Source: Octopus sinensis (lineage: Eukaryota). Taken from it: DNA of 64,000 bases. The notes under the pieces are model-generated. The model was not told where the DNA came from. It saw only the letters and a program-made list of their open reading frames with translations, and did not search any database. The DNA lies in NCBI RefSeq assembly GCF_006345805.1, contig NC_043001.1, positions 50,158,001-50,222,000 of the forward strand, given 5' to 3'. The position numbers were made by a program, and so were the translations under genes. Positions 37,481 through 51,072 of this stretch are shown here, piece by piece (position 1 is the stretch's first letter; each line of letters begins with the position of its first letter).

Positions 37481-38263
37481 CATCCGAAATACTAGGAAAG
37501 AATAATCTCAAACTTCTTGCTGAAATATTTACCAAAGTGTAGAGCAATGGATTAGTGGAATCAAGAGATCTTTGTACAAAATGCCTTAAGTTCCAAGTTC
37601 AAGTCCCACCAAAGACGAATTTGCTTTACATGTATCCGAGGGCCTACTGTACTACTGTACTAGTCAAATATTGGGATGCAATTAAATTGATTATATGCTG
37701 CCTCTAAATTCGAGCCGATATGCTTACATTAAAAATCAATATTTAACAGACACTCATAAAACGCTGGCAAGTATATTGAATAACTCATAAAATCAGCCAG
37801 AAACATGACTGGGAGAAAACCATCTTACTAGCCAATACTAAGGAAACGGTAAACTTTAACAACTACAAACCTACCAGGAAGCCTAAACGTAGTCGTCTGT
37901 CTTGTTAGAAATAGCAGTTGAATCTCAGTCAAATCACACCCCCTCCATCATAAAAAAATTAAAAAAGAAAAAGAGAAAATGACAAATTAAATAATATTGT
38001 CTTAGACAACCTGAAAAGGTGGGATTGTCAAGGCTGGAATACCTGTGATTATGGATTTTCTCGGTCAGAGATGTCTTGGGCAAAACAACAGTAATAACAA
38101 CAAAAACAACAACAATTTTGGAAGAAAAAATATATAAATAATTAATGAGTGGAAATCGAACCGGTGAGTGTGTTAGATGATAAAGTATTATTAAGACAAT
38201 ACGACTCTCTCTAGACAACAAAACTACAAGAAAAATAGGTCATTAACCTTACATCCCCAAAGA

Positions 38264-39010
38264 CTATTTCGGCTGCGTTACGTTGTGAGTTCAAATTCCG
38301 CCGAGGTCGACTTTGCCTTTCATCCTTTCGGGGTCGATAAATTAAGTACCAGTTACGCACTGGGGTCGATGTAATCAACTTAATACCTATGTCTGTCCTT
38401 GTTTGTCCCCTCTGTGTTTAGCCCCTTGTGGGTAATAAAGAAATAGGTATTTCGGCTGCCGTTATGTTCTGAGTACAAATTCCGCCGAGGTCGACTTTGC
38501 CTTTCATACTTTCGGGGTCGATAAATTAAGTACCAGTTACGCACTGGGGTCGAGATAATCGACTTAATCCGGTTGTCTGTCCTCTCTGTGTTTAGCCCCT
38601 TGTGGGTAGTAAAGAAATAGGTATTTCGTCTGCCGCTACGTTCTGAGTTCAAATTCTGCCGAGGTCGACTTTGCCTTTCATCCTTTCGGGGTCGATAAAT
38701 TAAATACCAGTTGTGTACTGGGGTCATTCTAATCGACTGGCTCCACTCCAAAAATTTCGGGCGTTGTGCCTAAAGTAAAGAATATTGCTAAGAATACAGA
38801 GCAGCAGCGGGTTAAGGCATTAGAACGTCGGACGAAATGCTTAGTGATATTTCGTATCTTTATGTTTTGAGTTCAAATTCCGCCGAGGTCGACTTTATCT
38901 TTCATCCTTTCGGGGTCGATAAATTAAGTACCAGTTGTGTACTGGGGTCGATCTTATCGACACGCCCCATCCCCCAGAATTTCGGGCCTTGTGCCTAGGG
39001 TAGAAAAGAA
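38264..39010 (+). mobile_element. Tandem array of SINE family 2 units
   Basis: Three ~180-bp units each restart at tatttcg..gttctgagttcaaatt (about 38264, 38448, 38621), followed by another copy at ~38810-39010. Confidence 0.88.
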
Positions 39011-39069
39011 TATTGCAGAGAATACTTTGAAAAATGGCAAGGCTTACGTTATTGTAAAAGAGCAATTAA

Positions 39070-39437
39070 TAACAAGAGCACCCAGCGCAAACCTCCGCCA
39101 AGGTAATGCCAACGTCCTCTCAACGATTAGACGGAGATGACTTTTAAAATGAGAATATCTGAAATAAACTCGACTGCTCTCACAAACGAGAATACTAAAA
39201 ATGAAGCCAACCGCTCTCAAAACATTAAGTAAGAAAACCAGAGAAATAATCCAGAATCCTTATCCAGTATCGGACCGATCCCAAAATCTAATCAGTTCGT
39301 GCCAGTCATGAGGCCAAATATCCCTGAAAGTTTCATCCGAATCTATCCAGTGGTTCTTGAGATATCTTGTCTACGGATAAACAAACAAATACGACTGCAA
39401 ACAATACCTCCACCTTAGCGAAAGCGGAGGTAATAAA
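39070..39437 (+). mobile_element. Helentron-associated (HINE-like) non-autonomous element
   Basis: 5' aacaagag start; subterminal acctccgcc (39091) complementary to 3' gcggaggt; 3' stem-loop TACCTCC..GGAGGTA (39405-39432) followed by an A-rich end. Confidence 0.5.
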
Positions 39438-39779
39438 CAAAGCCAGAAGTGAAGATTGTTAACGGGGAAAGTAGGGTCTGAACATGGCATCAATTGATTA
39501 CCAGAACATATTGGGAAGCCCTCTCAACACATTGATGTTGAAAACATTAATTATGAATGGGGTAACATCATAACAATTCTGCAGATAGAAATGAAAGAGA
39601 GGGAATTATAAAAGCATTTTCTATTTCTATTACAAGAGGAATAGAATATCACAAGTAACTCTTCCTCGCTGTCTGTTTGTCTGTCTCTCTTTCTCCACAT
39701 CTTTTCTGTGTTAATCCTAACTAATATGTTAAACTAGGTTGGACTAGGATACAAATAGTATGAGACGACAACCAACCAA

Positions 39780-40020
39780 TGGTGACTACGTTTTCTTATG
39801 ACCCAGTCTTAGCTAAGAGAGTACCTATATACAAGGACATCAGGAGTAGTGAGGGAACTGCTTTCATGAAGTGGAAATTATGCCCAATTATGATATATCC
39901 ACAGATAAGAAATGGTAAATACATAGACTAGAAAAGGGCTCAGAGATTGGCAAAGGGATCATACACTGGAATATGTCTATCCAGACAAGGAGATCATAGA
40001 TATTGTTATTAAGGAGAAAG
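39780..40020 (+). mobile_element. Old R4/Dong-like C-terminal remnant
   Basis: Frameshifted PVLAKREYLY..WKLCPNYDISTDKKW.IHRLEK..GKGII.WNMSIQT..DIVIKEK. Confidence 0.55.
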
Positions 40021-40470
40021 GTGTTGAACTCAGATCGTAAAGACCCGGAAGAAATGTTTCTAAGCATTTAATCCGACGCGCAAATGATTCTATCAGTTCT
40101 CCACCTTAAATAATGGTTTCAAATTTTGGCAGAAGACCAGGAATTTTTGAGCGGTGAAGTCAATTGACCATGAAAGCAGGAAAGGCAAAGTCAACCTCAA
40201 CGGAATTTGAACTCAGAACGTAAAGATGGACGAATACTACTCGGCATTTTGCTCGACGTAATATCAGTTCTACCATTCGCCGCCTTCTTGACACAGCTGG
40301 AATCTGTCCAGGCATGACAACATTGCAAAAACATTTTTGGATGCAGCAAATATCCTGCTGAAAGTACTGTCTATTTGAATTTACATAACTTGATAGGGAA
40401 TCATTTTAATGATCCAGTGTTAATGTAAATTCAGGAATAATATGTAAAATCAGGAATAATAATAATAACA

Positions 40471-40516
<46 letters not shown>

Positions 40517-40529
40517 CAACAACAACAGC

Positions 40530-40562
<33 letters not shown>

Positions 40563-40639
40563 AATAATAATAATCATAATAATGTAATCGAGTAGACCCC
40601 TCCCCCAAAATTTCAGGCCTTGTGCCTATAATAGAAAGG

Positions 40640-40683
<44 letters not shown>

Positions 40684-40684
<1 letters not shown>

Positions 40685-42445
40685 TGATGACCATCAAAAT
40701 AAAGGGCCGGACGTTATTCGTCTTGTCCTGCAAATAAAATTAAAAAAGCATAAATGGACACGTGAGGAATGTATTTCAATCCTACAAGGTTATTTTACAG
40801 CAGAGCTCTACCCACAGAACGAAAACACAACATATACATATAAAATCTAGAACAAAAAAAAAACTAGATAAAAATTTGGATATAGCAATGAACCCTAATA
40901 AACTAGCTAACATACAGAGATATATTCTCACAACAAAAAATATCAGAAATAGAAATAGAACACTTAAAAGGAAAATACATCAAGAAAACGTAGATAGCAA
41001 TCATACAGCAATGCCAAATAATATCATAAGCACTGGGACTGTAAAACACGAAGACAGACGTAACATGTCCAACTAGAACGAAGTAAACGACGAAAGACAA
41101 CAAACCCAGACCGTAGGAATGTATAACGATAAGCAAAATGCACCAAACCAAGGCACCATAGACACAAATATAAATGGGAGGGAATACGAAACAAATCTGA
41201 AACCTGGACATAGTGAAGGTGAAACTAATGATTATGATATTCTAATAATAATAATAATAATTCTATGAGTATCTTGGTGTACACGAAGGGAAAGGGATTC
41301 TATACAGATCAATGAAAAAGAAGATCAGGGAAGAGTATTATAGATGTATTAGACTGGGTCTGAGTACTGAGCTGAACTCTCAATAGAACTGCAGCTATAA
41401 ACTCCTTGGCGGACCAGTTGTCCAGTATAGCCTTGATGTCATCAATTGGAATCTGAGCGATCTCCAGCGTATGCACATAAAGACCAGGAAACTGTCACAC
41501 TAAACATGATGCACCACCCCAAATCAGATGTCCACAGGCTCTATCTTCCACGAAAGGAAGGCGGCAGAGGCTTAATCCAGGTTGAAACGTCTTGAGCTTA
41601 ACCTGCCTGATTATAATGATGATAAGGAGGACACACCACCCACAAAGGCAGCAAAAAAGTGTAAAACAAAAGCTAAACAGGAAAGCTTGAAGGAAATATC
41701 CAGACTGTAGAAAGAAAAAAAACATTGCATGGGTAATACTCCATACGAGCTGGGAAAGCTGATGTAGACATAAGAAGAACCCATCAGTAGCTTGAAAGCT
41801 GAAACAGAACGATTCATCCTAGCAGCACAAGACCAGAGTCTCCTCACCCGGAACTATCGAGCTAATGTCATATACAATGAGGTAGACACAAAGTGTAGAC
41901 TCTGAAATGACAAACTTGAGAGTATTGACCATGTTGTTGTCTGTTGCTTAGTCCTTGCCCCGACAGAATATAAAACCAGGCATGATCGAGTTGGCCAATA
42001 CTTGCACTGGAACGTATGCTGCCACTATGGTATTCTGCACCCTAAGAACTGGTATGAACTCCATCCAGAGCCAGTCACTGAGGGAGAGAATGTTACCAAT
42101 CCTATGGGATTATGGAATAAATACAGACAGGTAAATAAAAGATGACAGATCAAACATCATCATCAAAGACCTAAAACAAAAAAAAAAAAACATGCCTGTT
42201 AATTGACATGACAGGACTTACTGATAGAAACATCTCAGCAAAAGAATTTGAAAAACGGTCGAAATATGAGGACCTTGCGATTGAGGCATCTAGGACGAGG
42301 CAATTAAAAACTAAAACCATCCCTGTTGTTGTAGATGTCCTAGGAATGATCAGGAAAGGTACTGGCAGTTTTTCTACCTGATGTCTGGGAAACCAACAAT
42401 CTATGAAACGCAAAATATTGTGTTGACATCAACTGCTCACATTAG
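40684..42445 (+). mobile_element. R4/Dong-like element: N-terminal piece, (TAA)n, then post-RT and endonuclease region
   Basis: KHKWTREECISILQGYF (N-terminal); YEYLGVHEG..HHPKSDVHRLYLPRKEGGRGLIQVE; LKAETERFILAAQDQSLLTRNY; KCRL..ESIDHVV; RHDRVGQYLHWNVC; CLLIDM..KYEDLAIE. The RT core is absent. Confidence 0.85.
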
Positions 42446-42585
42446 GAATTCAATCAGAAAATGATAATCTATATATATATAAAAGAGAGATTCTGTCCGT
42501 TTGTGTGTTTGTTTGTCCCATAAAGTGAAAGTAAATGGTTCAAGGGAGGCAGCACTAATTGTGCACAAACCTATGACGAACTGCA

Positions 42586-42790
42586 GGATCTTTTCACTTT
42601 GACGGGCAGATTTAAAAAATAATTTTTTTTAACTAAACACTTTTAAACTTCGTATACTGGTAGAATGTGTCACATAAAACATCTTTTTCTCTTGGCGTTC
42701 TTGAGAAAATTCTGTAGTTTGTAAGCTATTTGTTGTTAAATTTCCATATTTCGGCAATTTCAACCAATCAATGACGTCTATTGAGGTGAA
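42586..42790 (+). mobile_element. Truncated copy 3 of the GGATC MITE family
   Basis: Collinear with the first ~200 bp of 17103-17521. Confidence 0.8.
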
Positions 42791-43589
42791 TACAATTGCT
42801 GCTGTTGTTTGTCGACAAGAAGTTGTCAAGCGGCGCGCACACACACACATGACGGACTTCTTTCAATTTCCGTCTACCAAATCCACTTACAAGGCTTTGG
42901 TCGGCCCGAAGCTATAGTAGAAGGCACTTGCCCAAGGTGCCACGTTGTGGGACTGAACCTGGAACCATGTGGTCGGGAAACAAGCTCTAAGGCCACAAAT
43001 TGTTACAGGAAGAATCAAGTCAATTGAATTTACTCCCTCTCCCACACACATCATAAGTATGGTTGCCTTATTACGTCCAAAAAGACAGTGTTTAGAAGTG
43101 AAGCCTGGACGTTGAAACGTAGAGTCAACAAACACTGGAGCACGTATTCCGAACCACCAACCCCGCCAAAAGAAATGGCGGGAACATTGTTAGTTAGAGG
43201 CGGGTGACGGAGGCATAGCAGTGGTATTGAATCCACACCTCGATGGATGCTATCCGATTCAAAGCAGATGCATACGGTTTTGTATGCGCAGATTTTCGGC
43301 GCCGCTAAGCCAAGCTGTTTATTTGCGAGGAACCACAAACTAGAGGCAATGTAAATAATTTCATCCAACCCTCCGAGGTTTTAATATGGAAAGCTAGGTT
43401 AGTGGCTAACGATAACTATATAGTAAACAATTAGCAATTAAAGCTTATGATATTTAACTAGCCATCCTTATCAATTTCATATTCTTAATGCCTAATTAAT
43501 ATATTCAGTAATTAGATGTAATTGTTATTACTGTTACTCTTGTTGTTGATGTTGGTGGTGGTAGTGGTAGTTGTGTCACCGCTGATCGT

Positions 43590-44150
43590 GGTGTTGCACT
43601 CGTTGTTACTATAGTAGAAGTGGTAGTATTAGTATTAGTAGTATTAGTAGTAGTAGTAGTAGTAGCTGTTATTGCACTGGAATTGATTCAGTCAGTAAAT
43701 TTGTATTTTTTGGTTAAACTAATCAACTTGTTTTCAAATGTACAACTTCCTTTTTTTCATATCATCATCGTCGTCATCATCACCACCACCACCACCACCA
43801 CCACCACCACCACCATCATCACCACCACCACCACCACCAACAACAACACCACCACCATCATCATCATCATCACCATCATCATCACCACCACCACCACCAC
43901 CATCATCGCGGCTGTCTTATAATCATAATCATCATCCTCATTAGCGGCATAGTCATTATCTTCGTCGACTTCTTCACCCGCGTCATCACTCCACCTCCTC
44001 CTCCTCATCATCATCAACGCTGCCGTTGCTGTCATTATTGTTGTCTTAATTATCATCTTCATGGATGTTTTTGTCGTCGTCGTCGTCATCATCATCATCA
44101 TCATCATCATCATCACCATCATCATCATCATTGCCACCATCACCCTCGTT
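43590..44150. repeat. Compound trinucleotide repeats (GTA, CAC, CAT, CGT)
   Basis: Read directly. Confidence 0.95.
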
Positions 44151-44487
44151 GGCATCATCAATCAAACTGCAAATGTTTTCGCCATCGTCACAAACTTGCT
44201 TTAAAATTCCATCATTAAAAACATGAGCTTTCATAAAATGAATTACAGAGCCTATCACAGGAAGGGTCGCCTTGCCCCACATCACTGTCAAATTGTTTTC
44301 GTGCCACTAGCTGTCAATGAAAAATGCAATGCACATACATGTGCGAACATGTGGCACAATTTCTTACATTGTACCTGCACCGTTTCAAATAATAACTTGA
44401 ATCAAATGTTTCAATAGCATGCACTTACCTTCCAAGTACTCTTTCTCTTCGTTGAAACTAGTTAGTCCAGCTAGGTCATTTGAGAAA

Positions 44488-44878
44488 CACCCACAAGGGG
44501 CTACACACAGAGGGGACAAACAAGGATAGACAAACGGATCAAGTCGATTACATCAACCCCAGTGCTTAACTGGTACTTAATTTATCGACCCCGAAAGGAT
44601 GAAAGGCAAAGTCGACCTCGGCGGAATTTGAACTCAGAACGTAGCGGCAGACGAAATACCTATTTCTTTACTACCCACAAGGTGCTAAACACAGAGAGGA
44701 CAAACGGATTAAGTCGATTATACCGACCCCAGTGCGTAACTGGTGCTTATTTAATCGACCCCGAAAGGATGAAAGGCAAAGTCGACCTCGGCGGAATTTG
44801 AACTCAGAACGCAGCGGCGAACGAAATACTGCTAGGCATTTTGCCCGGCGTGCTAACGTTTCTGCCAGCTCACCGCTC
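44488..44878 (-). mobile_element. SINE family 2 head followed by two tandem core-tail units
   Basis: Junction gacgaaatacctatttctttactacccac at ~44651-44680 equals the junction in the 38264 array. Confidence 0.88.
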
Positions 44879-44903
44879 TCTATAAGCTAAATATACGTTT
44901 TCA

Positions 44904-45079
44904 CAGTGGTATACCTAGAGTGTATTGCCACTCGTGATAGCCTTTGAATTTGATGCTCCCCTCCTGAGCCCCTAAGCTTATACGACAGGCCATTTAAGTG
45001 CCTCCCACCATCACCACCACCATCAAAGTGTGACCCGGAGCAGATCGCCCTCGCACCATCGCACCCAGCTACGCTACTG
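44904..45079. mobile_element. hAT-like MITE
   Basis: Termini CAGTGGTATACCTAG / reverse complement CAGTAGCGTAGCTGG; flanks CGTTTTCA / CGTTTTGA (7/8 TSD). Confidence 0.6.
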
Positions 45080-45327
45080 CGTTTTGATAATGAGTATTAT
45101 GAGACAATGTCCGCCTACGTACCATAGCAGAATGTTTTACAGTTTACTTCATTGAGTCTGTCTGTAACTGTTTATGTTTATTCTATTGAATGTCACTATA
45201 TCTGACGTCGATAAAGCCGTTACTCTTTTATATGTTTCAGTTGTTTGACTGTGGCCATGCTGGAGCACCGCCTTTATATATATATATATATATTATATAT
45301 ATATATATATAATATATACATACATAC

Positions 45328-45358
<31 letters not shown>

Positions 45359-45373
45359 CATACACACACACAC

Positions 45374-45446
<73 letters not shown>

Positions 45447-46357
45447 CGGCGAGCTTCTTTCAGTATCCGTCGACCACAAGGTTTTGGTCAGCCCGAGGCT
45501 ATAGTAGAAGACACTTGCCCAAGGTGCCACGCAGTAGGACTAAACCCGAAACCATGTAGTTCGTAAGCAAGCTACTTACCACACAGCCACTCCTATGATT
45601 TTTGATTGTCACACAAAAAGCTCTCTCTCCTCTTGACATACGCAAATTGTAGTGAGGGTGATGGGATTTAAAATGTTGAATCCTTAGTCGATTGTCTCGT
45701 ACAGTATGATAGTTATCATCCGAGATTATATCCTCCGAGATTATATTCATGAATTTATGAAGATTTTCGCTAATGCTGTAGAACAGTTTGTGGGATGTGT
45801 TTCTGTTTCATGGAGCTATTCACAAACGCATCCTAATTAAGAATGGTAGTTTCATCGATTTTGCAATGAAAAGTAAAATTTCTGCTTGTTACTCAGATAG
45901 ACATTTCGACATTTCATGTCTTCGTTTAAAAGTTTCTCGAGAAAAGAAATCAGTTTTCTTTCCAAGAAGTTCCCTTGCACACACAAGCATCGTAGGATTG
46001 AATGGTTTTTTGTCAATAATATGAAGGGTATCTGCTTTATCAATAAACTCGGAAATCAACTGAATGGAGTTTAATCTTCATGACATTAACGTTCTTACAG
46101 ATACAGAAGAAAAGAAAGAAAAAGAAAATCGGTTGATCTTTAAGTTTATTTTTCCTCCTACAAAATAAGCAGGATGTCTCAAATTTTGATAGCTTTCAAT
46201 CTGTTACTCTTCATTGATTTGTTCGGTAATCTGACTCGACACCAAAAGTGCCTCGGCGTACTGCTACATCACAAGGAATAGTGAGGTGAGTCGTGGATTA
46301 ATAACAAAGTCAATTTAAAACGGTTGAGCATCTTAAAAAAAAAATCACGTTTATTTA

Positions 46358-46923
46358 TTGTGTTGTCCAGAAGGTTCGTGCCGATTTTTAAAGGAAAGAG
46401 AAAGGTCAATAAAAACTTGCCATTACACTTTTAATCAACCAAATATGAACCGTTTTGTTGCACAATGCGTCTCCATCTTTCCTTTAACATGAAAATACCC
46501 TCTTCCCAGAATTGAGGTGGTTTCATGGCAAAGAATTCATCAAGGTATCTTTTTACGTCATCCAAGGAATTGAAATTTTTACCATTAAGACTATTCTGCA
46601 GAGACCTGGATAAATGGAAATCCGAAGGAGCAACATCTGGTGAATATGGAGGGTGGGGTAACACATCCCAGCCGAGCTGAAGCGATTTTTGTCTGGTTCC
46701 CAAAGCATCACGTGCCGAAAATGAACTTTCTTATCTTTCATTTTAAAGGGTTACAGAATTAACACAGGTTATAGGAACATAAACCTTCTTCCACGAAAAG
46801 ATAGCTAAAACTGTGCTCTAAATATAGGTGTATTCAAATCCTATTTTATGGACTCAAACATGTTCTAAAATAAGTCGAAAGGTAAGCTGCTATAAATCGG
46901 CACGAACTTTCCTGACAACCCAA
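46358..46923 (-). mobile_element. Internally deleted mariner element (family B)
   Basis: ~30-bp TIRs TTGGGTTGTCAGGAAAGTTCGTGCCGATTT with TA flanks; MKDKKVHFRHVMLWE fused to LPHPPYSPDVAPSDFHL..RWRRIVQQNGSYLVD. Confidence 0.92.
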
Positions 46924-48265
46924 TATAATTTAGTTATTTATAGGTATGATTAATTAAACACGGAAAGAAATAATTTTCTATATATTTTCTTAATTTTTAG
47001 ACTTTTAAACATGATTGATCATATGCACACAGTTTCCTTGGAGATGGTGGCTGTTACAAGGAAGATTATATTTTTTCATAATACGAGACGGGATTAGAAA
47101 TTTGAGTTTGGAAGTAAGAAATTACGGAGAAAAAGCTGTATAGATTTCTTTCTTTTGTTTGTGTACTTACTACGAAGTTCTTATATAGTTTCTAGTTGGT
47201 GGTAATAACATATATTACTTGTTCATTCTTTTTAGAAAACATCAGCATGATTTAACCTGTAACTTATTAGGAAGTGAGACATTTAAATAACGATGAGATG
47301 AATTACAATTTGGAGAAAATTCATGGAATTTTTTTCTTTCCCTTATAGAACGCCTGTTGTTAAGGAATTGATTGAAAAAAACAAAAATAAAACCTTCTTG
47401 GTGTTAGAGCACTGAATAATAGCTGTCTCCAGGTGATTTCTAATTGTGAAAATGCTTTATGGTGGCTATTACTTTCTGTTTCAGCTAAAACGGCATTGCA
47501 AGCTCTTTTCTCATATATCCTTTGCGGACAGTCGTTTCAAGTTGTTTTCTATATTAGTAATCCGTCTCGTATGTAGCCGAACGTGCATCCATTCATAAAC
47601 ATACTTGTCTTGACGATCGTCAACAGTTTAAAATGGAATCTACTGACATCACAACTGAATTTTTTTTCTCCAAATATACGCGGTTTCCCTTGTTTAGTCT
47701 TTTACTCTTTTACTTGTTTCAGTCATTTGACTGCAGCCATGCTGGAGCATCGCCTTTAGTCGAACAAATCGACCTCAGGACTTATTCTTTGTAAGCCTGG
47801 TACTTATTCTATCGGAACCTTTTGCTGAACCGCTAAGTTACGGGAACGTAAACACACCAACGTCGTTTGTCAAAGCTATGGTGGGGGGACAGACAGACAC
47901 ACACATATATATATATATATATATATGACGGGCTTCTTTCAGTTTCCATCTACCAAATCCACTCACAAGGCTTTGGTTGGCCCGAGACTATAGTAGAAGA
48001 TCCTTACCCAAGGTGTCACGCAGTGGGAATGAACCCGGAACCATGTGTTTGGGAAGCAAGCTTCTTTATTTCATCAAATTAGCCATAAAGGCTTTACATA
48101 GATGGAAGCAAATGCGGGCTGGACAACAACACAAATGAAATGAATGCTGAGTAAAATAATAATATAGATGAGGGAAGCAGACGACGCCCGCCGATCGCTG
48201 CTTCCCGAAAACATTTTTTTTTCTCTTATAAAAACAAATTGAGGTTATAAACCTCTTACTATAGT

Positions 48266-49447
48266 TCAATGAGACACAAGGTCCTTACATTTTTCCATAC
48301 TGGGCACTATGTCCCTACAGTACGAGGCACTAAGTCTCTTACTTTTTTCCGCCCGCCGGCGCCCGACCAGGCTCAACGAGTCATTCAAGTATGTTGATTG
48401 TGACATATTGTGGTGCTTCAGCCGGGAGCAGAATGCGTCTTCGGGGAAGGAGTTCATTACCTTGAGCATATCTGCCTCCGACATGACCTTCTCATCCACC
48501 TGCGGAGGCCATGCAGGGTCCTCAATAGAGGCTAGAACCCCTCCCCTCCGACCCTCTAGGGTAAAACCCTTTCATATATTCCTCAATTGCCCCTCCCTTG
48601 TGGAAAAAGATTCCAAATTCTTGCTTCAACCAGGAAGAGGCCTCAGTTTCCACCGTCGGTGGCACTATTCTCACGGACGGGGTTTCGAGACATGCCAGCA
48701 GTGTGTTAGTAACCGCCGGCAATGCCCCGTTTTTCTTCTTTTTATTTTCTTTTTCCACAGGAGGATGGAGTTCTTCCGTTTTGTCCGGATGATTTTCCTT
48801 CCCTCCCGCAGCCTTAGGATTCCTCAGTGGGCACCCACCTTCTTCCTCTTTCTTTCCCTCCGAACGAGAAGTGGGAGTCTCTTCCTCAACTAACTGCTCC
48901 AGGACCCCACTCTGATCATGGGGACAGTTTTTGTTTATATAGCCTGGTTCCAGGTACAGGTGACACTTGGGGGGGGGGGGTGATACCAGCCATAGTCAGA
49001 CAATCTGAGAAGACCAGATTTTTAGCTGATTGGGTCCACAGGGTCAAAACAGCTTTTGACCCAAACCAATCAGCTGCTGGTAACATTTTTACATTAAGCA
49101 GCTTGGATCTGTCACCACCCAGACCCCGGTGGATAGTATCTTCTATCTATTCTAGTTCCACTCCAGGTGGCAACCCACAGACCCAAGCTCTTGTCAACTT
49201 CTTCCCACAATATGTGGGAAGAAACAGGATCTCCCGGCCCTCCAAGGGCTGGCTCGCCTCCTCAGGGGTGTCAAATAGCAACCACACCATTGCATACTTG
49301 GCACCCCTGGAAATAAATTTTATAGTTGGCAGATACTCAGCCAACTCCTTCTCAACACCACTGTCTTCTCTTCTAAGTCTTTCACCCACTCTTTGGGTGG
49401 GACACTATATGAAACTGTTTGCATTATTCGTGAGTTTTCTGTCATAC
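48266..49447 (-). mobile_element. Decayed ORF1 (gag-like) of a Tx1/L1-type non-LTR element
   Basis: RRM-like LLFDTPEEA..RAWVCGLPPGV followed by a knuckle with CX2CX4HX4C spacing (CHLYLEPGYINKNC, ~48925-48966); GC-richer than flanks; several stops and frameshifts. Confidence 0.55.
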
Positions 49448-49589
49448 CTTTATGTTTGAGTTAAAAGTTATTTCTTATCCCAACCGTTCAGAACATGTTT
49501 AAACTGGCCTAAACTAATTGAAGCTGGCCCAATCTAGTCCATACAACTTACATCTAGTATTAACTTGAACAAACAATTTAAAATCAGTT

Positions 49590-49830
49590 TATATCGGCTT
49601 ATATTAGTCCAAAATCATATTTTAAAACCATTTTATATTGGTTTATATTGGTCCAAAATTATTTTTTAGAACCAGTTATATTGGTTTATATCGGTCCAAA
49701 ATTATTTTTTTAAACCAGTTTATATTGGCCAAAATTATTTTTTAAAACCAATTTATATTGATTTATCATATTAGTCCCAAATCATTTTTTAAAACCAGTT
49801 TACATTGGTTTATAATGGTCCAAAATCATT
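49590..49830. repeat. AT-rich minisatellite, ~44-bp unit, 5-6 copies
   Basis: Unit approximately ttatattggtttatattggtccaaaattattttttaaaaccagt; lies 5' of the ORF1 relic. Confidence 0.85.
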
Positions 49831-51072
49831 TTTTCCCAAACTGTTTTAAACAAATTCTGCTGGCTTAATGCTTATCCTATCCTAGTTGACACTGCTTTAG
49901 GTTACATTAGACTGTTTAAAACTGGTTTAAACTAATCCCTACAATTTAAAACTAACTACAAGCTGTTTGGAAATAAAATTTTTGCATTATTCATAGTTTA
50001 GTTGCATTCAGTTATGGTGTTATCCCATAGATATTTTTGCAAAATCATTCCAGCCAAATCCTCTGGTGTTTAGACTAATTCTAGACATCAAAATCATTCT
50101 GTAATTACACCAAATCTGACAAGGCTAAGTGTGGTAGCATCCTTCAATGATGAGGATAAGTTGAACATAATCCAAGAATTGTGGAATTGCCATTTACTGC
50201 TTTATTAGAAGCAAGCATTCTTTTGACTTGGAATTAATTATATAGGAAAAAACTAGTAGATGGGAATCTAAAAATGGTTAATTCACAGCTGTTCTTTCAG
50301 TAGTATAAAATGTTAGAAATCAACAATAACTAAAAACTCCAGTTCAGATAATGTTGCAATGGGAAAAGCTTATTATAATTGTAATCGTCTTTGTATATAG
50401 CAGATTAGCTAACATATAACTCTCATGCTTAATATGATGGTATCAATAAAGAGCTGACAGTTATCAGCAAGCTATGGAATTCATGCTGAAGCTACTGCAT
50501 AGACTTTCTGTAAATACCCTTATTTTTGACAAATTATGTGTGTGCGTGTGTGTATGTGTGTGTGTGTGTATGAATATATGTATATGCATGTATATATATA
50601 TATATATATATAAATAGCAAGACAATAAAAGAATGAAAGAGTCTCTCTTTACTCTTTTACTTGTTTCAGTCATTTGACTGCGGCCATGCTGGAGAACCAC
50701 CTTTAGTCGAGCAAATTGACCCCGGGACTTATTCTTTGTAAGCCCAGTACTTATTCTATCGGTCTCTTTTGCCGAACCACTAAGTGACAGGGACGTAAAC
50801 ACACCAGCATCAGTTGTCAAGCAATGCTAGGGAGACAAACACAGACACACACATACATATATATATATATACATATATACGACAGGCTTCTTTCAGTTTC
50901 CGTCTACCAAATCCACTCACAAGGCTTTGGTCGGCCCGAGGCTATAGTAGAAGACACTTGCCTAAGATGCCACGCAGTGGGACTGAACCCGGAACAATAT
51001 GGTTGGTTAGCAAGCTACTTACCACACAGCCACTCCTGCGCCTATCCTTGATATTATGTAGATAGAGGAATT

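Noticed and set aside
37996-38063. Possible plus-strand exon DNLKRWDCQGWNTCDYGFS
   Set aside because: Weak donor (gtcaga) and no recognisable homology.
38264-39010. CRISPR-like array or tRNA gene cluster
   Set aside because: Units are ~180-bp SINE bodies with no unique spacers; tRNA-like heads do not form full cloverleaves; eukaryotic context.
42468-42560. Helitron-like 5' start (A|TCTATATATATA..gtttgt)
   Set aside because: No matching 3' hairpin/CTRR end was identified.
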